From a virus (lineage: Duplodnaviria; Caudoviricetes), in the IMG/VR virus record IMGVR_UViG_3300048853_000116, positions 1 to 44,054 of that record: DNA of 44,054 bases; one strand, 5' to 3'. Positions within the stretch are counted from its first letter, which is position 1, and each line of letters starts with the position of its first letter. Position numbers and translations under genes: made by a program. The notes beneath the pieces are model-generated. The model was not told where the DNA came from. It did not search any database and saw only the letters and a list, made by a program, of their open reading frames with translations. This document shows positions 8,990 through 18,587 of the stretch, piece after piece.

Positions 8990-11248
8990 TCAGGACAGGG
9001 CGATGTCGACGCGCTCGGCGACGTGAAACGTCTTGAGCGCGGTGGTCGTGGTGCCCTCGGTTTGGATCTCGTAGGACGGCACGGCGGCCGGGAGAGCGAA
9101 GGTGTAGGTCCGCTCGACCGCGCTCTCCTCCGGGATCGGCAGCTCGGTCACGGCCGTGGCCGCGACCTCGGTCGCGTAGCCGGCCCCGGTGCGCAGCTTG
9201 CAGCTCGAAGTGTGATAGGCCGGGTCGAAATATTCGAGCCGCTCCTTGACCTGGATATTCTGCGCCGGCGCCGGCAGCGTGCGCGCCTTCGAGATGTGCT
9301 TGAAGGTCGTGCGCGGCCGGCTGACCTTGACCTGCGAGCCGGACAGCATCACGCCCGGCATCATGTCCGTCGTGCCGTTGAAGGCGATGCGCAGCGGCAG
9401 TAGCGGCGGGAGCCCGATGAGCGCCGTCTGCTCGACGGCCGCCAGCGGGTACCAACTCGAACCGACCTGGATCTCGTAGGTGATCGTGGTCGACTTCGGC
9501 GCGATGGTGTTCGCCAGGATATCGATCTTCGTGATGCCGCCCTGGAGCTGCAGAGGCTGCATGTCGACCCGCACGAAGTTCGACCGGAACTTCGCGAAAT
9601 AGAGCGAGAAGACGAGATCCTTGGTCAGATCGCCCTGCTGGTAGGCGCCGTCCGTGTTGTAGAACAGTGTGCCCTGGGCGAAGTTGCTGCCTTCGGTCAC
9701 GGCGAGCCAGTGGTCGGCCGTCGTCGTCACGACGATCCCGTAACGCTCGCCGGCCTGGAGATAGGTCGGCGGGAGCGCGACCACGGTCTCCTCCGGCGCG
9801 AGCCTCAGCTTGTCTCGGCCGACTTCGACGAAGGCGATCACGCTGTCGAGGTCCGGCTCGCCGCGCACGGTCTTGGTCAACGCCAGCGTGACGATGCCGT
9901 CCGCTGCAATGCGTGTGAAGCTCAGCCCGATCGCATCGAGCCAGCCGTCCTGAGAGTTGAGGAAGGTCTGCGCGACCTGGGCGCCCTGGACGGTGTGATC
10001 GACCGTGACCTCATCCCAATAGGGCTCCTCGACGGTGTCGTACCAGAAGCGCTGCAGGCGCAAGATCTCGTGGTTGATGGTGCCGTCATAGGACGTGAAG
10101 GTCGTGCCGACCTGGAAGGTCTCGCCGTCTTTGGTGAAGATCCCGCTGATCGGATCGTATTGGCCGCTCTGCCACCAGCTGTTGTTCGTGCAGACCGTCA
10201 GCTCCTCGCCGTAACGGATGCGCTGACGGGTCATGGTCAGCTCCCGCATTTCGTGCGTCTGGTAGCTGTACTGGGCAATCGACAACTCACCGCTGCGCTG
10301 TCCCGTCGCGAGCCGCAAGGTGCGGTCGTAGGCCGGCAGAAGGATGCCACCGGCAATGACCTGGCGCGGGTTGAGCGGATCGAAAACCTGGAGCTGCGCG
10401 AGGCCCTCGTTCTCGGGCGCGAAGCGGATGCCCTCCTGCACGAGCGCCAACAAGGTCGGATCGGTGGTGTTGGTCTCGTCGAGCGTCAGGAAGTGGTCGC
10501 TCGCATAGTCGATGCGCTCGTCCGGAATGCCGGCGACCTCCTTGAGACGGGCGACGTCGTAGGCGATGCGGGTCACCAGCCCCTGGTTCGACAGGCCCTT
10601 GATGGAGTTGGCGAGCTTGGCGATATCGGACGCGATCGTCGAAACGCGCGGCTCGACGTCCTTCCGGAACCCTTCGAGATCCTCGACGCGGTCCTCGACG
10701 TTTTCAAGCTGCGGCAGGGCCGTGTCGGTAAGCATCGTGATGCTCTCGACGCCGAGGGGCGACAAGACGATGCGGGCGACTTCGGTGATGCCCACGTCGA
10801 TCAGAGGCGGCACGGGGTCGGGCGCCTCCTGACCGACCACCACATTGATGTTCGCCAATCGGGCGTGCTCCAGGGGGACAGGCCTTGCCTCCGTCTGCCG
10901 CGTCTCCTCGTTGATCAGGAACTCGCGCGGCTGCACATTGGTATCGGTCTCGGTTCCCCAGACGACTAGCGAGACGATCTTCTTGCCGGCGACCGGCAAA
11001 GCGGTCACGAAGTCGTTCGTGTAGACGTCGTTGCGCGCATAGACCTTGCCTCCCGAATAGAGGCGTCCCGCTGCCACCGTGATCGTCGTCGGTCCGCTTT
11101 TGGAAGCTGTGAAACCGGCATAACGCGCCTTCGGCGTAACCGCATCGCCCACGACATGGTCGATCGAGGTCTGGGCAAAATCTTGCACATTGTTGAAGTC
11201 GTCAGGTCCGACGTCCTGGCCGTCGTGGAATAGGACTTTTCTCTCCAT
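8990..11248 (-). CDS. Large baseplate / fibre-base structural protein
   Basis: 752 aa from MERKVLFHDGQ; beta-rich with a coiled coil; sits after gpI. Confidence 0.7.
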   Translation of the reverse strand: MERKVLFHDGQDVGPDDFNNVQDFAQTSIDHVVGDAVTPKARYAGFTASKSGPTTITVAAGRLYSGGKVYARNDVYTNDFVTALPVAGKKIVSLVVWGTETDTNVQPREFLINEETRQTEARPVPLEHARLANINVVVGQEAPDPVPPLIDVGITEVARIVLSPLGVESITMLTDTALPQLENVEDRVEDLEGFRKDVEPRVSTIASDIAKLANSIKGLSNQGLVTRIAYDVARLKEVAGIPDERIDYASDHFLTLDETNTTDPTLLALVQEGIRFAPENEGLAQLQVFDPLNPRQVIAGGILLPAYDRTLRLATGQRSGELSIAQYSYQTHEMRELTMTRQRIRYGEELTVCTNNSWWQSGQYDPISGIFTKDGETFQVGTTFTSYDGTINHEILRLQRFWYDTVEEPYWDEVTVDHTVQGAQVAQTFLNSQDGWLDAIGLSFTRIAADGIVTLALTKTVRGEPDLDSVIAFVEVGRDKLRLAPEETVVALPPTYLQAGERYGIVVTTTADHWLAVTEGSNFAQGTLFYNTDGAYQQGDLTKDLVFSLYFAKFRSNFVRVDMQPLQLQGGITKIDILANTIAPKSTTITYEIQVGSSWYPLAAVEQTALIGLPPLLPLRIAFNGTTDMMPGVMLSGSQVKVSRPRTTFKHISKARTLPAPAQNIQVKERLEYFDPAYHTSSCKLRTGAGYATEVAATAVTELPIPEESAVERTYTFALPAAVPSYEIQTEGTTTTALKTFHVAERVDIALS

Positions 11249-11250
11249 AG

Positions 11251-12476
11251 TCAGGCAACCTCTCTGATCTGTCCGAGCCGGAACGTCCCGAGCCGTAGCC
11301 GGTCGCGAAGCCGGACGACGCGGTGAGTGATGGTGTTGACGAGGATGGTGTCGCGTTCGGCGCGCGACGTGCCGATCGCGTCGAGCGCGTTCCAGAGCGG
11401 GCTCATGTCGGCCGGCTTGAGGTAGCCGCGCAGGTGACCACCGAGCGCAAAGCGCCAAGTGCTGCGACGCATCGGCACCGAGACCGTCAACTCGGCGCTG
11501 TAGGGCCGGATCCCGAGCCGCATGTGGCCGAGGTAGCTGCGGCCATGGCGTGTGACGCGCGCCTTTGCCGGATCGAGCAGCGCAATCCGGTCATAGATCA
11601 TCATGCCGGCGCGGCTCGACAGCACGTGCCAGCCTCGGCCGAGGCCCGGCTGGCCCAAGTACCACCGGCCATCCGGCGCCGTTCGCGACTCCGCGACGCG
11701 CATTGGACGGACGTCGACCGGCGTCATGCCGCGCGGCACCGGCGATGCCGAGGCCGCATCCGACCGGCGCACGCTGATCACCTTCGAGCCGGCCGCGCTG
11801 GCCCGGACAAAGAACCGACCGAAGAACGTATCGCCGAGAAGGCGCGGCTGCCGCTCGTTCCGGTGAAAAAGAACCGGTCGACGGGAATCGCGCCCTGGGC
11901 GGCTCCGGGGTCCATGACGACCGGCGTCTCGACGCCGTCTGCGACGAAGGTCGCGCGGTGGCCGTAAAGCCGAGGGCCGCGTGACGCCTGGAGGAAAACC
12001 TCTCCGAAGAACAGGCGGCCGCCCGGCCCGTTCAGAAAGCTGCGATTGCCGGCTGATGCCTTATTGGCGAAGGGATAGATCCGGATCTGCGGCAGGTCCG
12101 CAAGCCACGCTACCCGCTCTTGCTCCGTCATTGTACGGACGAGGTAGCCGGCCGCCGGCGGCCGAACGATCTTGCGCACCTCCGCCCCCGTCAGAGCGAC
12201 GTAGGCCTTGATGCCGGCCGGCGTCGTCTTAAGCCGCGAACGGGACAGCTCCGTCGCGATCACGAGGCGCTGCTTGGCCTCGGGCCAGGCGCTGTCCCAG
12301 ACGTCAACGGAGAAGCCCCAGGCGAGCCACGGCAGGAGGTGGACCGGGCACCGCCAGGGATCGAGGATGTCGCGGAGGGTCGACAAATCCATCGGCCGGC
12401 GCGCGGCCGAGGTCAGCGAGACCGCCCGTTCCCAGGGGCCTGCGTTCGAGGGCAGGAGCGATACGGGCTCGGTCAT
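11251..12476 (-). pseudogene. Baseplate/tail protein I (P2 gpI-like), split by an apparent 1-bp frameshift
   Basis: N-terminus SLLPSNA..DPWRCPVHLLPWLAW..SVDVWD; the reading continues sensibly only in the -1 frame near 11836-11870. Confidence 0.7.
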
Positions 12477-13402
12477 TTCGCCACCTTCACGTCGAAGGCG
12501 ATGCCCGTGCACCAGGCGGCGCCGTCCGGGCCGGGGTCGACATCGGCGGTGGGAGAGAGCACGTCGAGCTTCGTCATCGGCCGGGAGCGTGCGGCGGCGA
12601 TGACGGCGTCGATCGGCACGATCGCGCCGATCTTGCGCAGGTCGGTCGCCATCTGCACGAGGCCCTGCACCCCCTGCGCGCGGATCAGCTCGCGATCGGG
12701 ACCGAGCGGCACCGAGGCGCGAACCGAAATCGCAAAGGGCACGATCTTCGCGGAGCGCACCGTGACGATGTCGGTGAGCTGCGTCGCCTCATCGTCCTCG
12801 AAGGCCTGCGCCACAGCTGTCACCACCGCGGCCGGCACGGTGCCGTCGCCATCTCGGCCGAGGAGGATCACGTCGATCACGGGATGGCCTTGCGCGTTGC
12901 GCCGTTTGATGGTGCGCACGTCGAGGAGCGTGCCGCCGGCGGCCTCGCGCGCGATGTGGCGATAGGCGCCGCCCGTCAGGCCGGCATAGGGAAAGGCCTC
13001 GGGGGCTTCCTGAATGCGCCGCCGATACGCTTCATTGCCTTCGAGCACCGGCGGCCGCGGCGGCGAGGCGGCGGGATCGCCGGGATCGAGCACGAAGCGG
13101 CGCACGCCGACGAGCGCGCCGAGCTGGTCGAGGTCGGGGCCTTGCGCGAAGGCCACCATGCGGCCGAGCGCCAGGTCGTTGGCCGCCTGGATGTCGAGCG
13201 TGTGGCGATAGGCGTCCTCTTCCTGGAGGATGACACCCGGATCGCTCTCCAGCCCGCCGACGTCCCAGGGAATGCCGGCCGCCTCATAGCGGGCCTTCAG
13301 CGCGGCGAGCCGCGCGGCCTTCTCGGCCTCGTAATCGACCGGCGCGAGCTTCGGCGCCGGCAGGAGCGACAGATCGAGATTGGCGGAAACGAAGCGGCTC
13401 AT
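12473..13402 (-). CDS. Baseplate protein J
   Basis: LDLSLLPAP, LESDP, FAQGPDLDQLGA, YRRRIQEAPE, LTDIVTVRSA motifs. Confidence 0.93.
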   Translation of the reverse strand: MSRFVSANLDLSLLPAPKLAPVDYEAEKAARLAALKARYEAAGIPWDVGGLESDPGVILQEEDAYRHTLDIQAANDLALGRMVAFAQGPDLDQLGALVGVRRFVLDPGDPAASPPRPPVLEGNEAYRRRIQEAPEAFPYAGLTGGAYRHIAREAAGGTLLDVRTIKRRNAQGHPVIDVILLGRDGDGTVPAAVVTAVAQAFEDDEATQLTDIVTVRSAKIVPFAISVRASVPLGPDRELIRAQGVQGLVQMATDLRKIGAIVPIDAVIAAARSRPMTKLDVLSPTADVDPGPDGAAWCTGIAFDVKVAK

Positions 13403-13797
13403 GCGGCGTCTCCGAGAACGGTGATGCCGTCCGCTCCGAGCCCGATCGCCGCCTGCCTGATCTCCGACAGGCTATAATCGCCGAGATGTCCCAGCGGATA
13501 GAAGATCCCGACAAGATCGAAAAGGTATCGGCCGTCCGGGCCGCCCTGCACGAGCTTCAGGCTGTCGAGCCGAAAGCCCGGCTCCCATTGCCGCAGGGCC
13601 TGCGCGATGCCGACATAGCAAAGCATCACGATGCGCGGCTCCGGGTTGCGGTCCTGCAGATCGCGCAGCACCGAACCGAAATCCCGGCGCATGACGCGGC
13701 TGCCGATCCTCGTGGTGAGGATCTTGCCGATGGACTGGACGCAGTGGTCCCAGCCCTGGAGCACCGTTCCGGTTCGCGCGTCGAGGCCCGTGCGCAT
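13399..13797 (-). CDS. Baseplate wedge protein W (GPW/gp25 family)
   Basis: HCVQSIGKILTTRIGSRVMRRDFGS, WEP motifs. Confidence 0.93.
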   Translation of the reverse strand: MRTGLDARTGTVLQGWDHCVQSIGKILTTRIGSRVMRRDFGSVLRDLQDRNPEPRIVMLCYVGIAQALRQWEPGFRLDSLKLVQGGPDGRYLFDLVGIFYPLGHLGDYSLSEIRQAAIGLGADGITVLGDAA

Positions 13798-13813
13798 GGC
13801 TTCAATCGCCCTT

Positions 13814-14056
13814 TCAATCGGCCTTTTGACGCGCCGATTTCTTGGCCTCGAGTTCGGACTCGAGCGCCTTCGCGACGATCGTGCCGGCGAGCAGCTCGTA
13901 CTTCGCCTGCTCGTCCGTCAGCATCAGCTCGTGGCCGAGTTTCGGGCGAAGCGAGCCGTCCCGCTGCTCGCCCGGAATGCGCCGGCCGGCGACATGCCAG
14001 CCGGCCTTGTCCGTCGTGAAATACGCCTTGGTCTCGCTCATCTCAGACCTCTCCAA
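13814..14056 (-). CDS. Small hypothetical protein
   Basis: ORF between V and W; true start may be the second Met (14041). Confidence 0.6.
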   Translation of the reverse strand: MERSEMSETKAYFTTDKAGWHVAGRRIPGEQRDGSLRPKLGHELMLTDEQAKYELLAGTIVAKALESELEAKKSARQKAD

Positions 14057-14693
14057 AGGGGCCGACGAACCGCTCGGCCGTCACGATGCCCTTCACGGTG
14101 ATGTTTCCCTCCCAGACGAGGTCGCCTTGACCTTCGCCGCCGCCGCCCATCGACACCGTCTTGGCGAACCGGGCCGGCGGGGAGACCTCGAACTGCTTCG
14201 TCTCGCCGCCGATCGAGACGCTCTGGTCCTTCGCGTCGAGGGCGATTCCGCTGTCGCGGGAGAGCGTGACGGATTGGCCGGCGACATCCGTCCGGACGTG
14301 GCCATCCTTGATCTCCTGGCGCACATCGCCGACCTGATGGACGAAGCCGTCCGCCTCCGCCGTGCCGGGACTGGGATGGTCATCGACCGGGCCGAAGAAC
14401 ATGGCGCGCGAGTGCTGCCCGATTTTCCCGCCGGGAGAGACAAGGAGCATGGGCTCGCCGATGCCGGGGCGTGTGTAGACCGAGTGCCCGCCACCGTTCT
14501 TGCCGCTCGGCAGGCCTATCCGCACCCAGGGCGAGAGGATATCCTCGGCGCCGTCGAAGCCGATCGACAGCCGCACGCGGTCGCCCTCGACCGCCGCCAC
14601 CGTTCCGCTGACGATCGTGCGGGCGAGCCGCTGGCGCAGGTCCGCCAGCTCCTTGTGCACCTTGCGCAGCTCCTCGACGAAGTCGATGCTCAT
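14043..14693 (-). CDS. Baseplate spike protein (P2 gpV / Mu gp45-like)
   Basis: OB-fold-like N-terminus (SPWVR, PGIGEPMLLVSPGG) with beta-repeat C-terminus. Confidence 0.88.
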   Translation of the reverse strand: MSIDFVEELRKVHKELADLRQRLARTIVSGTVAAVEGDRVRLSIGFDGAEDILSPWVRIGLPSGKNGGGHSVYTRPGIGEPMLLVSPGGKIGQHSRAMFFGPVDDHPSPGTAEADGFVHQVGDVRQEIKDGHVRTDVAGQSVTLSRDSGIALDAKDQSVSIGGETKQFEVSPPARFAKTVSMGGGGEGQGDLVWEGNITVKGIVTAERFVGPFGEV

Positions 14694-15274
14694 GGCTGCA
14701 CTCCGAGCTCGTCGGCCGGTACATCCTCACCGTTGATCTGCAGCGCGTCCGGCACGAAGGGCGCCCGGCCCGTCTCGGCCGCCTGCGCGACGAGGTTCCG
14801 CTCAAGCACCACTTCCAGGAGCGTCGTGCGAAACAGCACGAGCGTGATGGCCAGGCCCTTCTCGTTGGCCTTCTCGGAGACGGCGACCTTCAGGCCCTCG
14901 ACCTGGACGGCCGTCAGTTTGCCCAGGCCGAAATAAGGGTCGTCGGCCACCAGCTGCGCGACGACGAGCGCATAATCGAGTGCGGACGCATCGGCCGTGG
15001 CGACCTCGGAATTGGGGCGGCCCTCGCGTTTCGTGATGACGGCGATCGTCACCAGGCATTCGAGGTCCATCGTTCCGATCGCGCGCGGGACCGGCTTGGC
15101 CGTGGTGAAGAGCACGCGCGATGCAGGCGCGCGGAAACTCTCGCGGGTGACATCGTCGAGATCGTAGGGATCGAGCTGCACACGCACGTCCGAGAAAAGC
15201 GGCCGATGGTCCGGCAGCTTGGCCGCGCGAAGCATGCCGGCGACGGCTTCGAGCAGCGCCATGATCCGGCTCAT
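14690..15274 (-). CDS. Tail completion/terminator protein (Mu gp37-like)
   Basis: Position between gpG and gpV; 194 aa. Confidence 0.55.
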   Translation of the reverse strand: MSRIMALLEAVAGMLRAAKLPDHRPLFSDVRVQLDPYDLDDVTRESFRAPASRVLFTTAKPVPRAIGTMDLECLVTIAVITKREGRPNSEVATADASALDYALVVAQLVADDPYFGLGKLTAVQVEGLKVAVSEKANEKGLAITLVLFRTTLLEVVLERNLVAQAAETGRAPFVPDALQINGEDVPADELGVQP

Positions 15275-15747
15275 CCGAGCTTCCTCCGGATGAAGTCGGC
15301 CGTGGTCTCCAGGATGTCGCGCGCATTCTCGGCCGAGAGGCCGAGGAAGGGGCGCGCCGGCAGGACCGCCTGCATGGCGAAGACCAGGGCATTGCCCAAG
15401 CGGAAGGCGAGACGCTTGGCATTCTTGGGCTTGATGGTCGCGCCGTATTGATGCGGGCGGGCATAGATCAACCCTGAGCCGACCACGATCGACTCGCCGA
15501 TGACGGCATAGTCGATCGAACGCGAGAGATTGCCCTCGCGGTAGAGGATCGGCGTGCCGGACTTGTTCTTCGGCCAGGCCGTGCCGTCCGGCGCGGTCTT
15601 CTCCTCCTCGATCCGGCGCCGGGTCTGTTGTTGGACGAGGCGCGCCAAGCCTTCGAGCAGCGTGCCGGTATCGAGCGGCGACAGGCGCGCCAATAGCGCC
15701 TCGACGCCGTCAAGCCCGGTGACGTGGACCTCGACGGCGAGGCTCAT
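15271..15747 (-). CDS. Virion morphogenesis protein (Mu gpG / P2 S family)
   Basis: APDGTAW, YARPHQYG, LPARPFLGLS motifs. Confidence 0.9.
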   Translation of the reverse strand: MSLAVEVHVTGLDGVEALLARLSPLDTGTLLEGLARLVQQQTRRRIEEEKTAPDGTAWPKNKSGTPILYREGNLSRSIDYAVIGESIVVGSGLIYARPHQYGATIKPKNAKRLAFRLGNALVFAMQAVLPARPFLGLSAENARDILETTADFIRRKLG

Positions 15748-16169
15748 AGCCCACCGCCCGTGCGGAACAGGCGCGGCTCCGCGAAGAAGGCCGCGCCGCT
15801 TTCCGACACCGCGCCGCTGCCGCCGGTGTCCGCCGGCGGCTCCAGCTCGTCGATCTTCGCCTTGCCGGCGGCGATGTCGCGCAACATGTCGAGCGCGATC
15901 TTGGCGCGCTTAGCGATTTCCTCCGTCAGGCGATCGCCGGACGGGGCCAGCTTCCAGCAGGCGATGTCGATGGTGAAGCCGACCACGATGCTCGGTACGG
16001 CTGCGAGGGGCAGCGGATAGCGAACGGCAAGATAGCCGTTGACCATCGCCGAGGCGTCGTCGAGCGCCCGTGCCACGGCGAGGTCGATATCGACGTCGGC
16101 CGGGACGAGCGTCTCCAGGTGGGCGGCGCCATAGCGCGCCTCGATGTCATGGCGAGTGGCATAAGGCAT
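15744..16169 (-). CDS. Head-tail adaptor (Mu gp36 / DUF1320)
   Basis: MPYAT..D, ALDDASAMVNGYLAVRYPLPL, DIA motifs. Confidence 0.9.
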   Translation of the reverse strand: MPYATRHDIEARYGAAHLETLVPADVDIDLAVARALDDASAMVNGYLAVRYPLPLAAVPSIVVGFTIDIACWKLAPSGDRLTEEIAKRAKIALDMLRDIAAGKAKIDELEPPADTGGSGAVSESGAAFFAEPRLFRTGGGL

Positions 16170-16321
16170 GGCGGGCCTCGATCGGTGCGGTCCCGCTTGC
16201 GCGGGGCCGCGGCAGGCGGGGCGGCGGGCTGAGCCCCTACGGGCCGTGTGGACCGGTCACCGTTCCCATCGGGTGCTGGGGGCCTTGCGAGCCGTACCAG
16301 ACCGCCCCTCTCGGGTATTCC

Positions 16322-16609
16322 TCAGTCGCGGTCGGCCGGCGTGATCGGCGAAACCGACAGCAAGGGGTCGGCGAGCAGCGCCTTCATGCGGGCTTCGCGC
16401 TCCTCGTCGGTCGCGCCGAGATCCGCGGCGGTGAGCTGGCGCGGCTCTTTGCCGAAGGCGAGGCCGGCGCGGCGCCGGGGACCGGCGGGCGCGACGACCT
16501 GAAGGACCGGGCGCTCGTCGATCGCCGCCGCGGCGTCGGCCGCCGGCGGCTCGGGGGTATTGGCGCCGTTGCCGGCGCTCGTGGCGTTCTTCCCCACATT
16601 CGTCTCCAT
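16322..16609 (-). CDS. Small Mu-like protein after capsid gene (HI1506/gp35-like)
   Basis: RRRAGLAF...LLADPLLSV motif. Confidence 0.7.
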   Translation of the reverse strand: METNVGKNATSAGNGANTPEPPAADAAAAIDERPVLQVVAPAGPRRRAGLAFGKEPRQLTAADLGATDEEREARMKALLADPLLSVSPITPADRD

Positions 16610-16655
16610 CGTCAGAGTGGCGGAGCGGCCGCGGCCGGCGCCGCGGCGGCGGGCG

Positions 16656-17552
16656 TCAGTCGAGAAGCGGCGCTTCGAGGATCTCGACCAGGTTGCGATC
16701 CGTGTTGGTGGCGCCGTTTTCCAGGCGCTCGGCCAGGATGATGTCGCGGGCCTTGTCGCCGTTGCTCACCCCGACCACCAGCAGGTTCGGGTTGATGCCG
16801 AGCTTGCGGCCTTCATCGGACGTGAGCGCCCGCATGGCGTTGCGCGCCGCGCGCAGGTTGTCCCTGGTCAGCTCGGCTTTCGAGCCGAAGGCCATCTGCC
16901 AGAAGCCGAAGCCGACATTGCAGCGGCTGTAGGTGCCGTAGACGAACTCGTTGCGGTCGAAGACGCGCTCGTCGTCCGGATTGTCCTTCGTCACGAACTC
17001 GGGCTTCTTGCGGTCCTGGAAGATGAGCGGCTTCAGCGCTCGCGTGGTGTCGAGCAGGAACCAGGGCGCGCCGGTGCCGTCCTGCACGTTCGAGACGGAG
17101 GCCGCTTGTCCGGTCGCCGGGTCGGTCACGGGATGATCCGCGTCGAAGAAATTCTGCCCGTCGTAGCAGGCGGTTGCAAAGCCGCGCTTCAGGAGATCGT
17201 AGACGAGTTCGTCGGGATGGGACGCCGCTGCCCGGCCCATCTCCTCCATCATCGGCGCATAGATGCCGAACTGATCGTCCTCGATCTTGGGACGGGGCAC
17301 CGCAACCGTCGACTCCCATTCCTTGTTCTTGATCGAGTAGCCGTGCTCGGCGAGGTTCTTGACGACGCGCGGGCCGATCCATTCCCGCATCTTCGGCCAG
17401 TCGCCCAGCCAGGCATAATCCTCGGAGCCGGTCGACGACGGCACGACGGTCGCGATCCGGGTATAGGTCGGCTGCACCCCGGCGAAGCCCCGCTGGAAGC
17501 TTGCTTTATAGCCCCGCTGCAGGTCGCGGAGGTTCGACGAATTGATCAACAT
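16656..17552 (-). CDS. Major capsid protein (Mu gpT)
   Basis: YAWLGDWPKMREWIG, IEDDQFG, CYDGQNFFDADHP, GFWQMAFGS motifs. Confidence 0.96.
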   Translation of the reverse strand: MLINSSNLRDLQRGYKASFQRGFAGVQPTYTRIATVVPSSTGSEDYAWLGDWPKMREWIGPRVVKNLAEHGYSIKNKEWESTVAVPRPKIEDDQFGIYAPMMEEMGRAAASHPDELVYDLLKRGFATACYDGQNFFDADHPVTDPATGQAASVSNVQDGTGAPWFLLDTTRALKPLIFQDRKKPEFVTKDNPDDERVFDRNEFVYGTYSRCNVGFGFWQMAFGSKAELTRDNLRAARNAMRALTSDEGRKLGINPNLLVVGVSNGDKARDIILAERLENGATNTDRNLVEILEAPLLD

Positions 17553-17589
17553 GGTTCGGTCCTCTCCGAGGCCTTGCCTCGCCCTGAAT

Positions 17590-17664
17590 TGGTTGCGGGG
17601 GCCGGGATCGAACCGGCGACCTGAGGGTTATGAGCCCACCGCGCTACCGCTGCGCCACCCCGCC
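17590..17664 (-). tRNA. tRNA-Met(CAT), initiator-like
   Basis: 75-nt cloverleaf GGCGGGG..GGG CTCATAA CCC..GTTCGATC..CCCCGCAACCA with encoded CCA, three G-C pairs at the end of the anticodon stem and a 1-72 mismatch. Confidence 0.93.
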
Positions 17665-17671
17665 GAAAGCG

Positions 17672-18070
17672 TCAGAATTCGACCCAGACGCCGCCGATCT
17701 CGACCTCGCGCACGATGCCGGCGCGGGAGCGCGTGCCGGCGCCGTCCGTCTTCGCCACGGTCTCGTCGTCGACGACGAAGCAGTCGGTGCCGACCTCGGC
17801 CTGAGTGATCGGGTCGGTTGCGCTGTTCGCGAAAAGGAAGGTGCCGCGCTCAACACGCACGCGGGCGGCGCCGGCGGCACCCGCCGCATTGTCCACCGTC
17901 TCTTCGGCGCGACCGACAGCGACCAGCCCCGTGCCGGTCTTGCCGGGGCGCGCATATCCGGCCTCAAGCACGACAAGCGCGCCGGCCATGATGTGCACGC
18001 CTGCGGCGACCTTGTAGGCCCACTGCCCGGAATGCCGGGCCGGCGTGTTGCGTTCTCTCGTGAGCGGCAT
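17672..18070 (-). CDS. Capsid decoration/cement-like protein
   Basis: 132 aa between protease and capsid; VDN, VVDDETV, GVWVEF motifs. Confidence 0.75.
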   Translation of the reverse strand: MPLTRERNTPARHSGQWAYKVAAGVHIMAGALVVLEAGYARPGKTGTGLVAVGRAEETVDNAAGAAGAARVRVERGTFLFANSATDPITQAEVGTDCFVVDDETVAKTDGAGTRSRAGIVREVEIGGVWVEF

Positions 18071-18101
18071 GCGCTCCTCCTGGTCAGTTGGGACGGTGAG
18101 G

Positions 18102-18587
18102 TCAGGCCTTGGCGAACTCGGCCTCGTCGAGGCCGAGCTGGCGGCAGAGCGCCTTCTGTTGGTCCGTCAGAGCGCCGGCGCCGGGATCGGGATCGTTCTT
18201 CAGCTTCGGATCGGCGCCGGGCTGCAGGACGGCGGGCATCGCCTCGATCGCCGCTTTCGTGGACTCGAAGGCGTTGAGGGCCATCTGGAGGAAGTGGTCC
18301 TTCGCGGCCGGGGCCACCTTGCCGGCCTTCACCGCCTCGTCCACCAGGTCGTTGGCCCGCTTCTCATTGGCCGCGCGTTCGAAATCCGTGATCTTCTGGC
18401 GCGCCTCATTGAGCTGAGTGACGACCTGGTCGTGCTGCGTCCGGGGGATGAACTTCTCGATCGGCGGGTGCTCGGCCGCGTTCAAGGCAACCGTCTTCTC
18501 GCTCTTGAGCGCATTGATCGCCACCACGGCGTCGGCCGCCGATGCGGTCTCGGCAAGGCCGAGGGCCGCCAGGATCTCTTTCAACAT
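18102..18587 (-). CDS. Nested in-frame scaffold protein (Mu gpZ-like)
   Basis: Internal ATG (MLKEILAALGL) preceded by GGAG; same arrangement as Mu I/Z. Confidence 0.55.
   Translation of the reverse strand: MLKEILAALGLAETASAADAVVAINALKSEKTVALNAAEHPPIEKFIPRTQHDQVVTQLNEARQKITDFERAANEKRANDLVDEAVKAGKVAPAAKDHFLQMALNAFESTKAAIEAMPAVLQPGADPKLKNDPDPGAGALTDQQKALCRQLGLDEAEFAKA

Noticed and set aside
6662-11248. Invertible tail-fibre segment or diversity-generating retroelement
   Set aside because: No invertase, reverse transcriptase, second fibre end or TR/VR repeat seen in the window
17590-17664. tRNA as an integration (att) site
   Set aside because: It is internal to the head operon, has no duplicated 3' fragment, and no integrase is present
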